Shown here: positions 1 to 12,306 of the stretch, piece after piece
How the letters are laid out: the number at the start of each line of letters is the position of its first letter
How positions within the stretch are numbered: position 1 is the first letter of the stretch
Assembly (NCBI GenBank): GCA_030390025.1
Contig: JASTWF010000811.1
Location: 62,001-126,000 of the forward strand
Origin: Squalus acanthias
Lineage: Eukaryota
Length of the DNA: 64,000 nucleotides
Direction: 5' to 3'
The notes under the pieces: model-generated
Databases searched by the model: none
Told to the model about the DNA's origin: nothing
What the model saw: the letters and a program-made list of their open reading frames with translations, nothing else
Position numbers and translations under genes: made by a program

Positions 1-1860
1 GACTTCCCAATCTTCTATCCTCCCACTAAGTTTGGCTACCTTATATGTCCTTGTTTTTAGTTGGATACTATCGTTAATTTCTTTACTTAGCCACGGATGG
101 CTGTCATTTCTTTTACACCCTTTTTTCCTCAGTGGAATATATATTTTTTGAAAGTTGTAAAATAACTCCTTAAATGAACACAACTGCTCATGTACCGTCT
201 TACCCTTTAATCTATTTTCCCAGTCCACTTTAATCATTTCCGCTCTCATACCATCATAGTCTCCTTTATTCAAGCTCAGTACGCTTGTCTGAGAACCAAC
301 CTTCTCACCCTCTAATTGGATATGGAATTCAACCATGTTACGGTCACTCATTCCAAGGGGATCCTTAACTAGGACATTATTAATTAATCCTGACTCATTA
401 CACAGGACCAGGTCCAAGGTTGCTTGCCCCCTTGTAGGATCAGTTACATACTGCTCAAGAAATCCATCCCTAATACACTCAATAAACTCTTCCTCAAGGC
501 TGCCCTGCCCAATTTGATTTGTCCAGTTAATATGATAGTTAAAATCCCCCATAATTATAGCTGTTCCCTTATTACATGCCCCAACTATTTCCTGATTAAT
601 ACTTCTTCCAGCAGAGTTGCAACTATTAGGAGGCCTATATACTACTCCCACTAGTGTTTTTTTCCCTTTATTATTCCTTATCTCCACCCAAACTGTTTCA
701 TTATCCTGATCCTTTGACACAATATCATTTCTCTGTAATACAGTGATTCCTTCCTTTATTAACATAGCTACCCCACCTCCTGTTCCTTCCTGTCTGTCCT
801 TCCTGATTGTTAAATACCCTGGCATATTTAATTCCCAGTCGTTGTCACCCTGCAGCCATGTTTCTGTAATGGCCACAAGATCATACCCATACGTAGTTAT
901 TTGTACCGTCAATTCGTCTATTTTGTTACGAATGCTGCATGCATTCAGATAAAGAACTTTTAAATATGTTTTGTGACAATTTATTCCTGCTTTTACCCCC
1001 TTTACTACTTTACCTTTATCTTTATATATTCTGTCCCTTCCTGACACGCTCTGGTTTTTAATTACCCCACTGCTACTTTGCTCTATTGCCTTCTCCGCTG
1101 ACATTTTTATTTTTTGCTCTCTTGAAACCTCCTCCCCCACTAATTAGTTTAAAGCCCTCTCTACAGCCCTAGTTATTCGATTCGCCAGGACTCTAGTCCC
1201 AGCACTGGCCAAGTGAAGTCCATCCCAACGGAACAGCTCTCTCCTGTCCCAGTACTGGTGCCAGTGTCCCAGGTAGCAAAACCTATTTCTCCGACACCAG
1301 TCTTTGAGCCACGCATTTAACCCTCTGATTTTATTTACCCTAGCCAAATTTGCTCGTGGCTCAGGTAGTAATCCAGAGATTACTACCCTAGAGGTTCTGT
1401 TTTTTAATTTGGCCCCTAGCTGCTCATACTCCCTCAGCAGAACCTCATTCCTTGTCCTATCTATGACATTGGTACCAACATGGACCACGACAACTGGATC
1501 TTCCCCCTCCCACTCCAAGTTTCTCTCCAGCCCAGAGGAGATATCCTTAACCCTGGCACCGGGCAGGCAACATAGCCTTCGGGACTCTCGCTCTCGGCTG
1601 CAAAGAACCCTATCTATCCCCTTAATGATACTATCCCCTACCACTACAACATTTCTTTTTACTCCCCCCACTTGAATGGCTCCCCGTACCACAGTGCTGT
1701 GGCCAGGTTGCTCATCCTCCCTGCAGTCTCTGCTCCCGTCCTCACAGGGAGAAAGAGCCTCAAACCTGTTGGACAAGAGCAAGGGCTGCGGCTCCTCCAA
1801 CACTACCTCGTAGATCCCCGTACCTGCCTCACTCGTAGTCACACCCTCCTGTCCCTGATC
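1..1860 (-). mobile_element. CR1-clade LINE, 5' portion (ORF1 esterase plus start of ORF2 endonuclease), running off the window edge
   Basis: ORF 1144-1842 has SGNH motifs (VVGDSII, CCLPGARV, VHVGTN, DGLHL) typical of CR1 ORF1. The reverse strand from about 950 reads LYLNACSIRNKIDEL, an APE endonuclease start. Confidence 0.9.
1144..1842 (-). CDS. CR1 ORF1 SGNH/GDSL-esterase domain (N-terminus missing)
   Basis: GDS, GxN and DxxH blocks are present in the 232-aa ORF. Confidence 0.85.
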   Translation of the reverse strand: MTTSEAGTGIYEVVLEEPQPLLLSNRFEALSPCEDGSRDCREDEQPGHSTVVRGAIQVGGVKRNVVVVGDSIIKGIDRVLCSRERESRRLCCLPGARVKDISSGLERNLEWEGEDPVVVVHVGTNVIDRTRNEVLLREYEQLGAKLKNRTSRVVISGLLPEPRANLARVNKIRGLNAWLKDWCRRNRFCYLGHWHQYWDRRELFRWDGLHLASAGTRVLANRITRAVERALN

Positions 1861-4800
1861 ATGGGTGGAGAGAGAGAGAGTGTGATCGGTGGGTGGAGAG
1901 AGAGAGTGTGTGATTGGTGGGTGGAGAGAGAGAGAGTGTGATCGGTGGGTGCAGAGAGAGAGAGTGTGATCGGTGGGTGGAGGGAGAGAGTGTGATCGGT
2001 GGGTGGAGAGAGAGAGTGTGTGATTGGTGGGTGGAGAGAGTGTGATCGGTGGGTGGAGAGAGAGAGAGAGTGTGATCGGTGGGTGGAGAGAGAGTGTGTG
2101 ATCGGTGGGTGGAGAGAGAGAGTGCGATTGGTGGGCGGAGAGAGAGAGAGTGTGATCGGTGGGTGAAGAGAGAGAGAGTGTGATCGGTGGGTGGAGAGAG
2201 AGAGAGTGTGATCGGTGGGCGGAGAGAGAGAGAGTGTGATCGGTGGGTGAAGAGAGAGAGAGAGTGTGATCGGTGGGTGGAGAGAGAGAGAGTGTGATCG
2301 GTGGGTGGAGAGAGAGAGAGTGTGATCGGTGGGTGGAGAGAGAGAGAGCGTGATCGGTGGGCGGAGAGAGAGAGAGTGTGATCGGTGGGCGGAGAGAGAG
2401 AGAGTGTGATCGGTGATGGAGAGAATGAGAGTGTGATCGGTGGGTGGAGAGAGAGAGAGTGTGATCGGTGGGCGGAGAGAGAGAGTGATCGGTGGGCGGA
2501 GAGAGAGAGTGTGTGATCGGTGGGCGGAGAGAGAAAGAGTGTGATCGGTGGGTGGAGAGAGAGAGTGTGATCGGTGGGGGGAGAGAGAGAGAGTGTGATC
2601 GGTGGGTGGAGAGAGAGAGAGTGAGATCGGTGGGTGGAGAGAGTGAGAGTGCGATCGGTGTGTGGAGAGAGAGTGTGTGATCGGTGGGTGGAGAGAGAGT
2701 GTGATCGGTGGGCGGAGAGAGAGAGTGTGATCGGTGGGTGGAGAGAGAGAGTGTGATCGGTGGGTGGAGAGAGAGAGAGTGTGATCGGTGGGTGGAGAGA
2801 GAGAGAGTGTGATCGGTGGGTGGAGAGAGAGAGAGTGTGATCGGTGGGTGGAGAGAGAGAGAGTGTGATCGGTGGGCAGAGAGAGAGAGAGAGTGTGATC
2901 GGTGGGTGGAGAGAGAGAGTGTGATCGGTGGGTGGAGAGAGAGAGTGTGATCGGTGGGTGGAGAGAGAGAGTGTGATCGGTGGGTGGAGAGAGAGAGAGT
3001 GTGATCGGTGGGTGGAGAGAGAGAGTGTGATCGGTGGGTGGAGAGAGAGAGAGTGTGATCGGTGGGCGGAGAGAGAGAGAGTGTGATCGGTGGGCGGAGA
3101 GAGAGAGTGTGATCGGTGCGTGGAGAGAGAGAGAGTGTGATCGGTGGGTGGAGAGAGGGAGAGTGTGATCGGTGGGTGGAGAGAGAGAGAGTGTGATCGG
3201 TGGGCGGAGAGAGAGAGAGTGTGATCGGTGGGCGGAGAGAGAGAGTGTGATCGGTGGGTGGAGAGAGAGAGAGTGTGATCGGTGGGCGGAGAGAGGGAGA
3301 GTGTGATCGGTGGGTGGAGAGTGAGAGACAGTGATCGGTGGGTGGAGAGAGAGAAAGTGTGATCGGTGGGTGGAGAGAGAGAGAGTGTGATCGGTGGGCG
3401 GAGAGAGAGAGAGTGTGATCGGTGGGTGGAGAGAGAGAGTGTGATCGGTGGGTGGAGAGAGAGAGAGTGTGATCGGTGCGCAGAGAGAGAGTGTGATCGG
3501 TGGGCGGAGAGAGAGAGAGTGTGATCGGTGGGTGGAGAGAGAGAGTGTGATCGGTGGGTGGAGAGAGAGAGAGTGTGATCGGTGGGTGGAGAGAGAGAGT
3601 GTGATCGGTGGGTGGAGAGAGAGAGTGTGATCGGTGGGCAGAGAGAGAGAGAGTGTGATCGGTGGGTGGAGAGAGAGAGAGTGTGATCGGAGGGCGGAGA
3701 GAGAGAGAGTGTGATCAGTGGGAAGAGAGAGAGAGAGTGTGATCGGTGGGTGGAGAGAGAGAGTGTGATCGGTGGGCGGAGAGAGGGAGAGTGTGATCGG
3801 TGGGCGGAGAGAGAGAGAGTGTGATCGGTGGGTGGTGAGAGAGAGAGTGATCGGTGGGCGGAGAGAGAGAGAGTGTGATCAGTGGGCGGAGAGAGAGAGA
3901 GTGTGATCGGTGGGTGGAGAGAGAGAGTGAGTGATCGGTGGGCGGAGAGAGAGAGAGTGTGATCGGTGGGCGGAGAGAGAGAGAGTGTGATCGGTGGGTA
4001 GAGAGAGAGAGAGTGTGATCGGTGGGTGGAGAGAGAGAGAGTGTGATCGGTGGGTGGAGAGAGAGAGTGTGATCGGTGGGTGGAGACAGTGAGAGTGCGA
4101 TCGGTGGGCAGAGAGAGAGAGAGTGTGATCGGTGGGCGGAGAGAGAGAGAGTGTGATCGGTGGGTGGAGAGAGAGAGAGTGTGATCGGTGGGTGGAGAGA
4201 GAGAGAGAGTGATCGGTGGGTGGAGAGAGAGAGAGTGTGATCGGTGGGTGGAGAGAGAGAGAGTGTGATCGGTGGGTGGAGAGAGAGTGTGATCAGTGGG
4301 TGGAGAGACAGAGTGTGATCGGTGGGCAGAGAGAGAGAGAGTGTGATCGGTGGGCGGAGAGAGAGAGAGTGTGATCGGTGGGTGGAGAGAGAGAGAGTGT
4401 GATCGGTGGGTGGAGAGAGAGAGAGAGTGTGATCGGTGGGTGGAGAGAGAGAGTGTGATCAGTGGGTGGAGAGAGAGAGTGTGATCGGTGGGTGGAGAGA
4501 GAGAGAGTGTGATCGGTGGGCGGAGAGAGAGAGAGTGTGATCGGTGGGTGGAGAGAGAGAGAGAGTGTCATCGGTGGGTGGAGAGAGAGAGTGTGATCGG
4601 TGGGTGGAGAGAGAGAGTGTGATCGGTGGGTGGAGAGAGAGAGAGTGTGATCGGTGGGTGGAGAGAGAGAGTGTGATCGGTGGGTGGAGAGAGGGAGAGT
4701 GTGATCGGTGGGTGGAGAGAGAGAGAGTGTGATCGGTGGGTGGAGAGAGAGAGAGAGTGTGATCGGTGGGTGGAGAGAGAGAGTGTGATCAGTGGGTGGA

Positions 4801-7800
4801 GAGAGAGAGTGTGATCGGTGGGCGGAGAGAGAGAGAGTGTGATCGGTGGGTGGAGAGAGAGAGTGTGATCGGTGGGTGGAGAGAGAGAGAGTGTGATCGG
4901 TGGGTGGAGAGAGAGAGTGTGATCGGTGGGTGGAGAGAGAGAGTGTGATCGGTGGGCAGAGAGAGAGAGAGTGTGATCGGTGGGTGGAGAGAGAGAGAGT
5001 GTGATCGGAGGGCGGAGAGAGAGAGAGTGTGATCAGTGGGAAGAGAGAGAGAGAGTGTGATCGGTGGGTGGAGAGAGAGAGTGTGATCGGTGGGCGGAGA
5101 GAGGGAGAGTGTGATCGGTGGGCGGAGAGAGAGAGAGTGTGATCGGTGGGTGGTGAGAGAGAGAGTGATCGGTGGGCGGAGAGAGAGAGAGTGTGATCAG
5201 TGGGCGGAGAGAGAGAGAGTGTGATCGGTGGGTGGAGAGAGAGAGTGAGTGATCGGTGGGCGGAGAGAGAGAGAGTGTGATCGGTGGGCGGAGAGAGAGA
5301 GAGTGTGATCGGTGGGTAGAGAGAGAGAGAGTGTGATCGGTGGGTGGAGAGAGAGAGAGTGTGATCGGTGGGTGGAGAGAGAGAGTGTGATCGGTGGGTG
5401 GAGACAGTGAGAGTGCGATCGGTGGGCAGAGAGAGAGAGAGTGTGATCGGTGGGCGGAGAGAGAGAGAGTGTGATCGGTGGGTGGAGAGAGAGAGAGTGT
5501 GATCGGTGGGTGGAGAGAGAGAGAGAGTGATCGGTGGGTGGAGAGAGAGAGAGTGTGATCGGTGGGTGGAGAGAGAGAGAGTGTGATCGGTGGGTGGAGA
5601 GAGAGTGTGATCAGTGGGTGGAGAGACAGAGTGTGATCGGTGGGCAGAGAGAGAGAGAGTGTGATCGGTGGGCGGAGAGAGAGAGAGTGTGATCGGTGGG
5701 TGGAGAGAGAGAGAGTGTGATCGGTGGGTGGAGAGAGAGAGAGAGTGTGATCGGTGGGTGGAGAGAGAGAGTGTGATCAGTGGGTGGAGAGAGAGAGTGT
5801 GATCGGTGGGTGGAGAGAGAGAGAGTGTGATCGGTGGGCGGAGAGAGAGAGAGTGTGATCGGTGGGTGGAGAGAGAGAGAGAGTGTCATCGGTGGGTGGA
5901 GAGAGAGAGTGTGATCGGTGGGTGGAGAGAGAGAATGTGATCGGTGGGTGGAGAGAGAGAGAGTGTGATCGGTGGGTGGAGAGAGAGAGTGTGATCGGTG
6001 GGTGGAGAGAGGGAGAGTGTGATCGGTGGGTGGAGAGAGAGAGAGTGTGATCGGTGGGTGGAGAGAGAGAGAGTGTGATCGGTGGGTGGAGAGAGAGAGT
6101 GTGATCGGTGGGTGGCGAGAGAGAGAGTGTGATCGGTGGGTGGAGAGAGAGTGTGATCGGTGGGTGGAGAGAGAGTGAGTGTGATCGGTGGGTGGAGAGA
6201 GAGAGAGTGTGATCGGTGGGTGGAGAGAGAGAGAGTGTGATCGGTGGAGAGAGAGAGAGAGTGTGATCGGTGGAGAGAGAGAGAGAGTGTGATCGGTGGG
6301 TGGAGAGAGAGAGAGTGATCGGTGGGTGGAGAGAGAGTGTGATCGGTGGGTGGAGAGAGAGAGAGTGTGATCGGTGGAGAGAGAGAGAGTGTGATCGGTG
6401 GGTGGAGAGAGAGAGAGTGATCGGTGGGTGGAGAGAGAGTGTGATCGGTGGGTGGAGAGAGAGAGAGTGTGATCGGTGGGTGGAGAGAGAGAGATTGTGA
6501 TCGGTGGGCGGAGAGAGAGAGAGTGTGATCGGTGGGTGGAGAGAGAGAGAGTGTGTGATCGGTGGGTGGAGAGAGAGAGTGTGTGATCGGTGGGTGGAGA
6601 GAGAGAGAGTGTGATCGGTGGGTGGAGAGAGAGAGTGTGATCGGTGGGTGGAGAGAGAGAGAGTGTGATCGGTGGGTGGAGAGAGAGAGAGTGTGATCGG
6701 TGGGTGGAGAGAGAGAGAGTGTGATCGGTGGAGAGAGAGAGAGTGTGATCGGTGGGTGGAGAGAGAGAGTGTGATCGGTGGGCGGAGAGAGAGAGTGTGA
6801 TCGGTGGGCGGAGAGAGAGAGTGTGATCGGTGGGTGGAGAGAGAGAGAGTGTGATCGGTGGGCTGAGAGAGAGAGTGTGATCGGTGGGCGGAGAGAGAGA
6901 GTGTGATCGGTGGGTGGAGAGAGAGAGAGTGTGATCGGTGGGCGGAGAGAGAGAGTGTGATCGGTGGGCGGAGAGAGAGAGTGTGATCGGTGGGCGGAGA
7001 GAGAGAGTGTGATCGGTGGGTGGAGAGAGAGAGAGTGTGATCGGTGGGTGGAGAGAGAGAGAGTGTGATCGGTGGGTGGAGAGAGAGAGAGTGTGATCGG
7101 TGGGTGGAGAGAGAGAGAGTGTGATCGGTGGGCGGAGAGAGAGAGTGTGATCGGTGGGTGGAGAGAGAGAGAGTGTGATCGGTGGGTGGAGAGAGAGAGT
7201 GTGATCGGTGGGTGGAGAGAGAGAGAGTGTGATCGGTGGGTGGAGAGAGAGAGAGTGTGATCGGTGGGTGGAGAGAGGGAGAGTGTGATCGGTGGGTGGA
7301 GAGAGAGAGAGTGTGATCGGTGGGTGGAGAGAGAGAGAGTGTGATCGGTGGTTGGAGAGAGAGAGAGTGTGATCGGTGGTTGGAGAGAGAGAGAGTGTGA
7401 TCGGTGGGCGGAGACAGAGTGTGATCGGTGGGTGGAGAGAGAGAGAGTGTGATCGGTGGGTGGAGAGAGAGAGAGTGTGATCGGTGGGTGGAGAGAGAGA
7501 GTGTGATCGGTGGGTGGAGAGAGAGAGTGTGATCGGTGGGCGGAGAGAGAGTGTGATCGGTGGGTGGAGAGAGAGAGTGTGATCGGTGGGTGGAGAGAGA
7601 GAGTGTGATCGGTGGGCGGAGACAGAGTGTGATCGGTGGGCGGAGAGAGAGTGTGATCGGTGGGCGGAGACAAAGTGTGATCGGTGGGCGGAGAGAGAGA
7701 GAGTGTGATCGGTGGGCGGAGAGAGAGAGAGTGTGATCGGTGGGTGGAGAGAGGGAGAGAGTGTGATCGGTGGGTGGAGAGAGAGAGTGTGATCGGTGGG

Positions 7801-9090
7801 CGGAGACAGAGTGTGATCGGTGGGTGGAGAGAGGGAGAGTGTGATCGGTGGGCGGAGACAGAGTGTGATCGGTGGAGAGAGAGACAGAGTGTGATCGGTG
7901 AAGAGAGAGACAGAGTGTGATCGGTGGAGAGAGAGACAGAGTGTGATCGGTGGAGAGAGAGACAGAGTGTGATCGGTGGAGAGAGAGACAGAGTGTGATC
8001 GGTGGAGAGAGAGACAGAGTGTGATCGGTGGAGAGAGAGACAGAGTGTGATCGGTGGAGAGAGAGACAGAGTGTGATCGGTGGAGAGAGAGACAGAGTGT
8101 GATCGGTGGAGAGAGAGACAGAGTGTGATCGGTGGAGAGAGAGACAGAGTGTGATCGGTGGAGAGAGAGACAGAGTGTGATCGGTGGAGAGAGAGACAGA
8201 GTGTGATCGGTGGAGAGAGAGACAGAGTGTGATCGGTGGGCGGAGAGAGAGACAGAGTGTGATCGGTGGGCGGAGAGAGAGAGTGTGATCGGTGGGCGGA
8301 GAGAGAGAGTGTGATCGGTGGGCGGAGAGGGAGAGTGTGATCGGTGGGCGGAGACAGAGTGTGATCGGTGGGCGGAGACAGAGTGTGATCGGTGGAGAGA
8401 GAGACAGAGTGTGATCGGTGGAGAGAGAGACAGAGTGTGATCGGTGGAGAGAGAGACAGAGTGTGATCGGTGGAGAGAGAGACAGAGTGTGATCGGTGGA
8501 GAGAGAGACAGAGTGTGATCGGTGGAGAGAGAGACAGAGTGTGATCGGTGGAGAGACAGAGTGTGATCGGTGGAGAGAGAGACAGAGTGTGATCGGTGGA
8601 GAGAGAGACAGAGTGTGATCGGTGGAGAGAGAGACAGAGTGTGATCGGTGGAGAGAGAGACAGAGTGTGATCGGTGGGCGGAGAGAGAGAGTGTGATCGG
8701 TGGGCGGAGAGGGAGAGTGTGATCGGTGGGCGGAGACAGAGTGTGATCGGTGGGTGGAGAGAGACAGAGTGATCGGTGAATGGAGAGAGAGAGAGTGTGA
8801 TCGGTGGGTGGAGAGAGAGAGAGTGATCGGTGGGCGGAGAGGGAGAGTGTGATCGGTGGGCGGAGACAGAGTGTGATCGGTGGGCGGAGACAGAGTGTGA
8901 TCGGTGGGCGGAGACAGAGTGTGATCGGTGGGCGGGTGCAGAGTGTGATCGGTGGGCGGGTGCAGAGTGTGATCGGTGGGCGGAGACAGAGTGTGATCGG
9001 TGGGCGGAGAGACAGAGTGTGATCGGTGGGCGGAGACAGAGTGTGATCGGTGGGCGGAGAGGGAGTGTGTGATCGGTGGGCGGGTGCAGT
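1861..9090. repeat. ~7.2-kb minisatellite, unit GTGATCGGTGGG(T/C)G(GA)nGT, about 24-30 bp
   Basis: Directly visible tandem array. A more homogeneous 26-bp variant (GTGATCGGTGGAGAGAGAGACAGAGT) dominates about 7860-8660. Confidence 0.98.
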
Positions 9091-9134
9091 CCTGGTTCTC
9101 CTGACTCAGAAGTTGTGCTGAAATACGCTCTTAC

Positions 9135-9561
9135 CCTGTGGAGCTCTCAGCTCCCGCCTCCCTTTCACTGCTGGGTTGCCCGGCTCGTGGGAAACTTGTG
9201 CAGCCTCAGACGTGCTTCATTCTCAGTTCAGATCTCGAGCGCCGCTCTTTTCCAAACCTCTCCCAAGTAGCCATTGTTCTCGCAATCCCAGACAGTGGGT
9301 GTTGTCAGGCTATTTGACTGTGTAGGCCTGATAGCCAAGCCTGATCCTGGGGTCCACACACATGCTCTTTCCGGCAGGGACCGTCGGATTGTCATCTAGT
9401 AGGGAACGATGGTCCCTTTTCCTTCCCCGGTGCAGAGTTGCTAAAGTCAACGTCAATGTGCCTCCTGCTGCCCTCGCTACCAGACACTCAGCACAGCTCA
9501 GCCCTGGCATTGCCCTCTTCTGATGAACAGATGCTTTCAGACTGGGGGCCACTGCTGGCTC
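9135..9561 (-). pseudogene. Candidate decayed Ig constant-like exon downstream of the VJ exon
   Basis: Acceptor ttttaaacag and donor CAGG|gtaaga. The phase-1 frame reads GASSGPQSESICSSEEGNARAELC*VSGSEGSRRHIDVDFSN (C1-like LxCxVSG...IxVx[W/F]). VSHE occurs near the 3' end. In-frame TGA at 9490-9488; the length (427) is not a multiple of 3. Confidence 0.35.
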
Positions 9562-9814
9562 CTGTTTAAAACCACATTAACAACAGACTTCCTTTCAGTT
9601 GGTTTGTTTTTGAATTCAGGCAGGAGCACTTTGGCTGTCCATGGAATTTTAATTTCTTATTGTTCTTATAAACCTACAACTTTTTTGTGAAAATAAAGCA
9701 CTTGCCATCTTGGACTGGGTTCATCCTCCCCCTGCCCTGCTGTGGGAAGGTTAAGCAGGTCCCGGTGCGATGCTGATCCTGTGAACATGCCAGTGATGGC
9801 TAATATTTACTTAC

Positions 9815-10162
9815 CGGTGACATTGAGCGGGGTTCCTGCTCCATCGATATGGCCCCACACACTGCAGGTATAGACAGCGGTGTCACTGAGCTGCACGCCT
9901 GTGATGGTCAGAATGAAGCTGTTACTGGTGACATCCCTGGCAGAGTTAAAATGGGCAGGAAAACTCTGGTACTTTTTCAATTTATTATTTATGTAATGAA
10001 TTAACATCTTCTCCTTCTTTGTACCAGGCAGCTGCCGGTACCAGTGAACATCCACTTCATTCACGTTGGCATTCTTCATGGAACACGGTAAGCTCACTGT
10101 CTGACCCTCTCTCACACTGTGGACTGTCGGAGACTGAACCAGCACTGGGGCCGTCGCTGCAC
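9815..10162 (-). CDS. Ig V-set domain exon with germline-joined J-like segment (exon 2 of an antigen-receptor-like gene)
   Basis: Acceptor ttccattcacag at 10163/4 and donor G|gtaagt at 9814, phase 1-1. Reads (G)AATAPVLVQSP...SLPC...VHWYRQLPG...LTITGVQLSDTAVYTCSVWGHIDGAGTPLNVT, with the canonical Cys, WYRQ, DxAxYxC and GxGTxLxV. Confidence 0.93.
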
Positions 10163-10202
10163 CTGTGAATGGAACCGGTGAGTAAATAAATATAACTTCA
10201 AA

Positions 10203-10640
10203 TAAGAAAGACTTGTATTTCTATCGTGCCTTTCACCACCTCAGGACATCCCAAAGCGCTTTACAGCCTGGTGTGTCGTCACTGTTGTAATGTAGGAAAC
10301 GAGGCAGCCAATAGCGCACAGCAAGCTCCCACAAACAGCAATGTGATAATGACCAGATTTTTTTTTTTTGTTATGTTGATTGAGGGATAAATATTGGCCA
10401 GGACACTGGGGATAACTCCCTGATCTTCTTCGAAATAGTTCCATGGGATCTTTTACATCGACCTGAGAGAACAGACGGGGCCTCGGTTTAATGTCTCATC
10501 TGAAAGACAGCACCTCCGACAAAGCAGCACTCCCTCAGCACTGCACTGGGAGAGTCAGCCTAGATTTTTGTGCTCAAGTCTTCGGAGTGGGACTTGAACC
10601 TTCTGACTCAGAGGTGGGAGTGCCACCCCTCGAGCCACAA
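10203..10640 (-). mobile_element. tRNA-derived SINE (DeuSINE/SacSINE-like) with L2-type 3' tail
   Basis: The reverse strand starts with a tRNA-like head (ggttcaagtcccac B box). It ends with ggctgtaaagcgctttgggatgtcctgagg...aaaggcacgatagaaatacaagtctttctt. Confidence 0.7.
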
Positions 10641-10906
10641 CGGACTCTCGATAAAGCAAGAACAATAAATAATCTCAGCATTTGCTACATGCTGCATTTA
10701 ATATGGTTCTTTGCAAGAGAATAAATCATTAGATTTTTACTCTTTAATATTTAACTGCGCTACCAAATAGTGCCGCACTGTAAATAGTCCATCCAAAGAA
10801 GGCGCCTTCTCATTGAGAAGCAGATTTCACCCTTTCACACCCCCTGCACTGCCCAATAATCCCACAGTACAAAGTATTCAGTCCAAATGATGTCCTTCTC
10901 CAAGAG

Positions 10907-12043
10907 TGTGAAGGAATAAGCCATATAACCTATTCAGAAAAATACACAATTCTATGAAAGAATTCTGGCCTTATTAAAACATGACAAACTGGGTTTGGAA
11001 ATCTAGAAACCTAACTATGGAAAAGCTGTGATAACATTCTGGCTATAGAGATAAGATAGTTGTTGACACTGAATCAATAACCTTATTGAAACAGAAGGTT
11101 AAAGGCTCCTGATAGACTGACATTTGGGAACAAGTCAATAGTTCACCCTGGTTAAGGTGTTCTAATTTACACTTCATAAAGAAGCACAAACAACTGCCTT
11201 CGTAAAAATGACATCAAGTAAAAAACGCACCTGCTGTTACACCATTTTTTATGGTAAACTTGGAACACCTAGAGATGAGACACGATTCTGTAATACTACC
11301 AGCTGAGGTGACTAAAAATTGCAGAAGTCAGCAGAAAAATGACTAGAGATAATTAGCTTACATCAGCAGAAAACCTTAAAGGCAATACCACTGGAAAAGG
11401 GTATAAATATTGAACTCTCAAATGGGATAGTAGACTCGCTGTAAAGGGGCAAAGCGATTCTCAGCTTCAGAGGCAGGCTCTGTAAGTCTTCAACTCTTTG
11501 TACCTCGGGGGTCAAAGGTACTGTATTTGATTTTGGTGGATATCCTGTAGAAAACTAAGAACTGTTAAACTGTAGCGAAGTTAAGATTTGAGAGTAAGGA
11601 TCTCTGATAATAAGATTGTAAAGGTTTCTCTTTTTGGAACTGTTAATGTTGCAATTGACTCACCAACTGTAAATTACATGTCGGTTCTTTAATAAATCTA
11701 TATATTTTTAGAATTGTCTCACATAATATTTCTGTATCAAACTCGCAAACTCAATCTCTGTACACTGTTTGGTGAGGAATTGCAGAATTCTGGGGGAGTT
11801 TTCCGGACCCTCATAATATCCGAAAGGTTACAGTCTAGCTAAACTTATTAAATGCGCTATCTGGAGGATGGTAACATTTTCAGGTTTTTCCTTTCCTTTA
11901 GGGAGAGATGGTCCAGACCTTCAGACCCAATTAAGCGTCTTTAGGATTCGGCTACCTCAAACTTTAGTTGAAAGTGAACGTCTGAGGAATACACCTGAAC
12001 TGGGCTAGCCCCAAAGGGGCGAGGACTAGTAAATATCCCTTCA
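10907..12043 (+). repeat. 5' LTR (1137 bp)
   Basis: TG...CA ends; TATAAA 11402-11407; GTAAGT 11482-11487; AATAAA 11691-11696; matches 15952-17077. Confidence 0.95.
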
Positions 12044-12045
12044 GT

Positions 12046-12063
12046 TGGCGCCCAACGTGTGTG
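12046..12063 (+). promoter_or_regulatory. Primer-binding site, tRNA-Lys1,2 type
   Basis: TGGCGCCCAACGTG lies 2 nt after the LTR CA. It matches the first 14 nt of the Lys1,2 PBS (TGGCGCCCAACGTGGGGC) used by foamy viruses. Confidence 0.9.
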
Positions 12064-12306
12064 TTAACGACTTGATACAGAACCTATACTTATATTTATA
12101 TCGATATCCATCTTGTAGGTTGTTAAGTATAGAAGGAGTGTTTTACTGACAGTGGTACTAAGACCCAGATTTAAGTCTCTAGAGATGACAAGTCCCTGAT
12201 CAGGCCTTGTAGAACTTAAATCAGAACTCCCTCAATATACCATTGAGGTCTAGAAATTTCTTATAAAGTTCATATTAAACCGTAACCGAGGTTAGGTCTT
12301 GACGAA

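Noticed and set aside
1861-9090. Long ORFs (e.g. 595 aa at 5886-7673)
   Set aside because: Translations of the tandem repeat with no coding signal
9310-9552. 80-aa ORF as the exon following V
   Set aside because: Its frame does not match the phase-1 junction at the best acceptor (9561)
10115-10121. CACAGTG heptamer in the V exon (minus strand)
   Set aside because: Lies in framework-1 coding sequence with no nonamer at 12 or 23 nt; not an RSS
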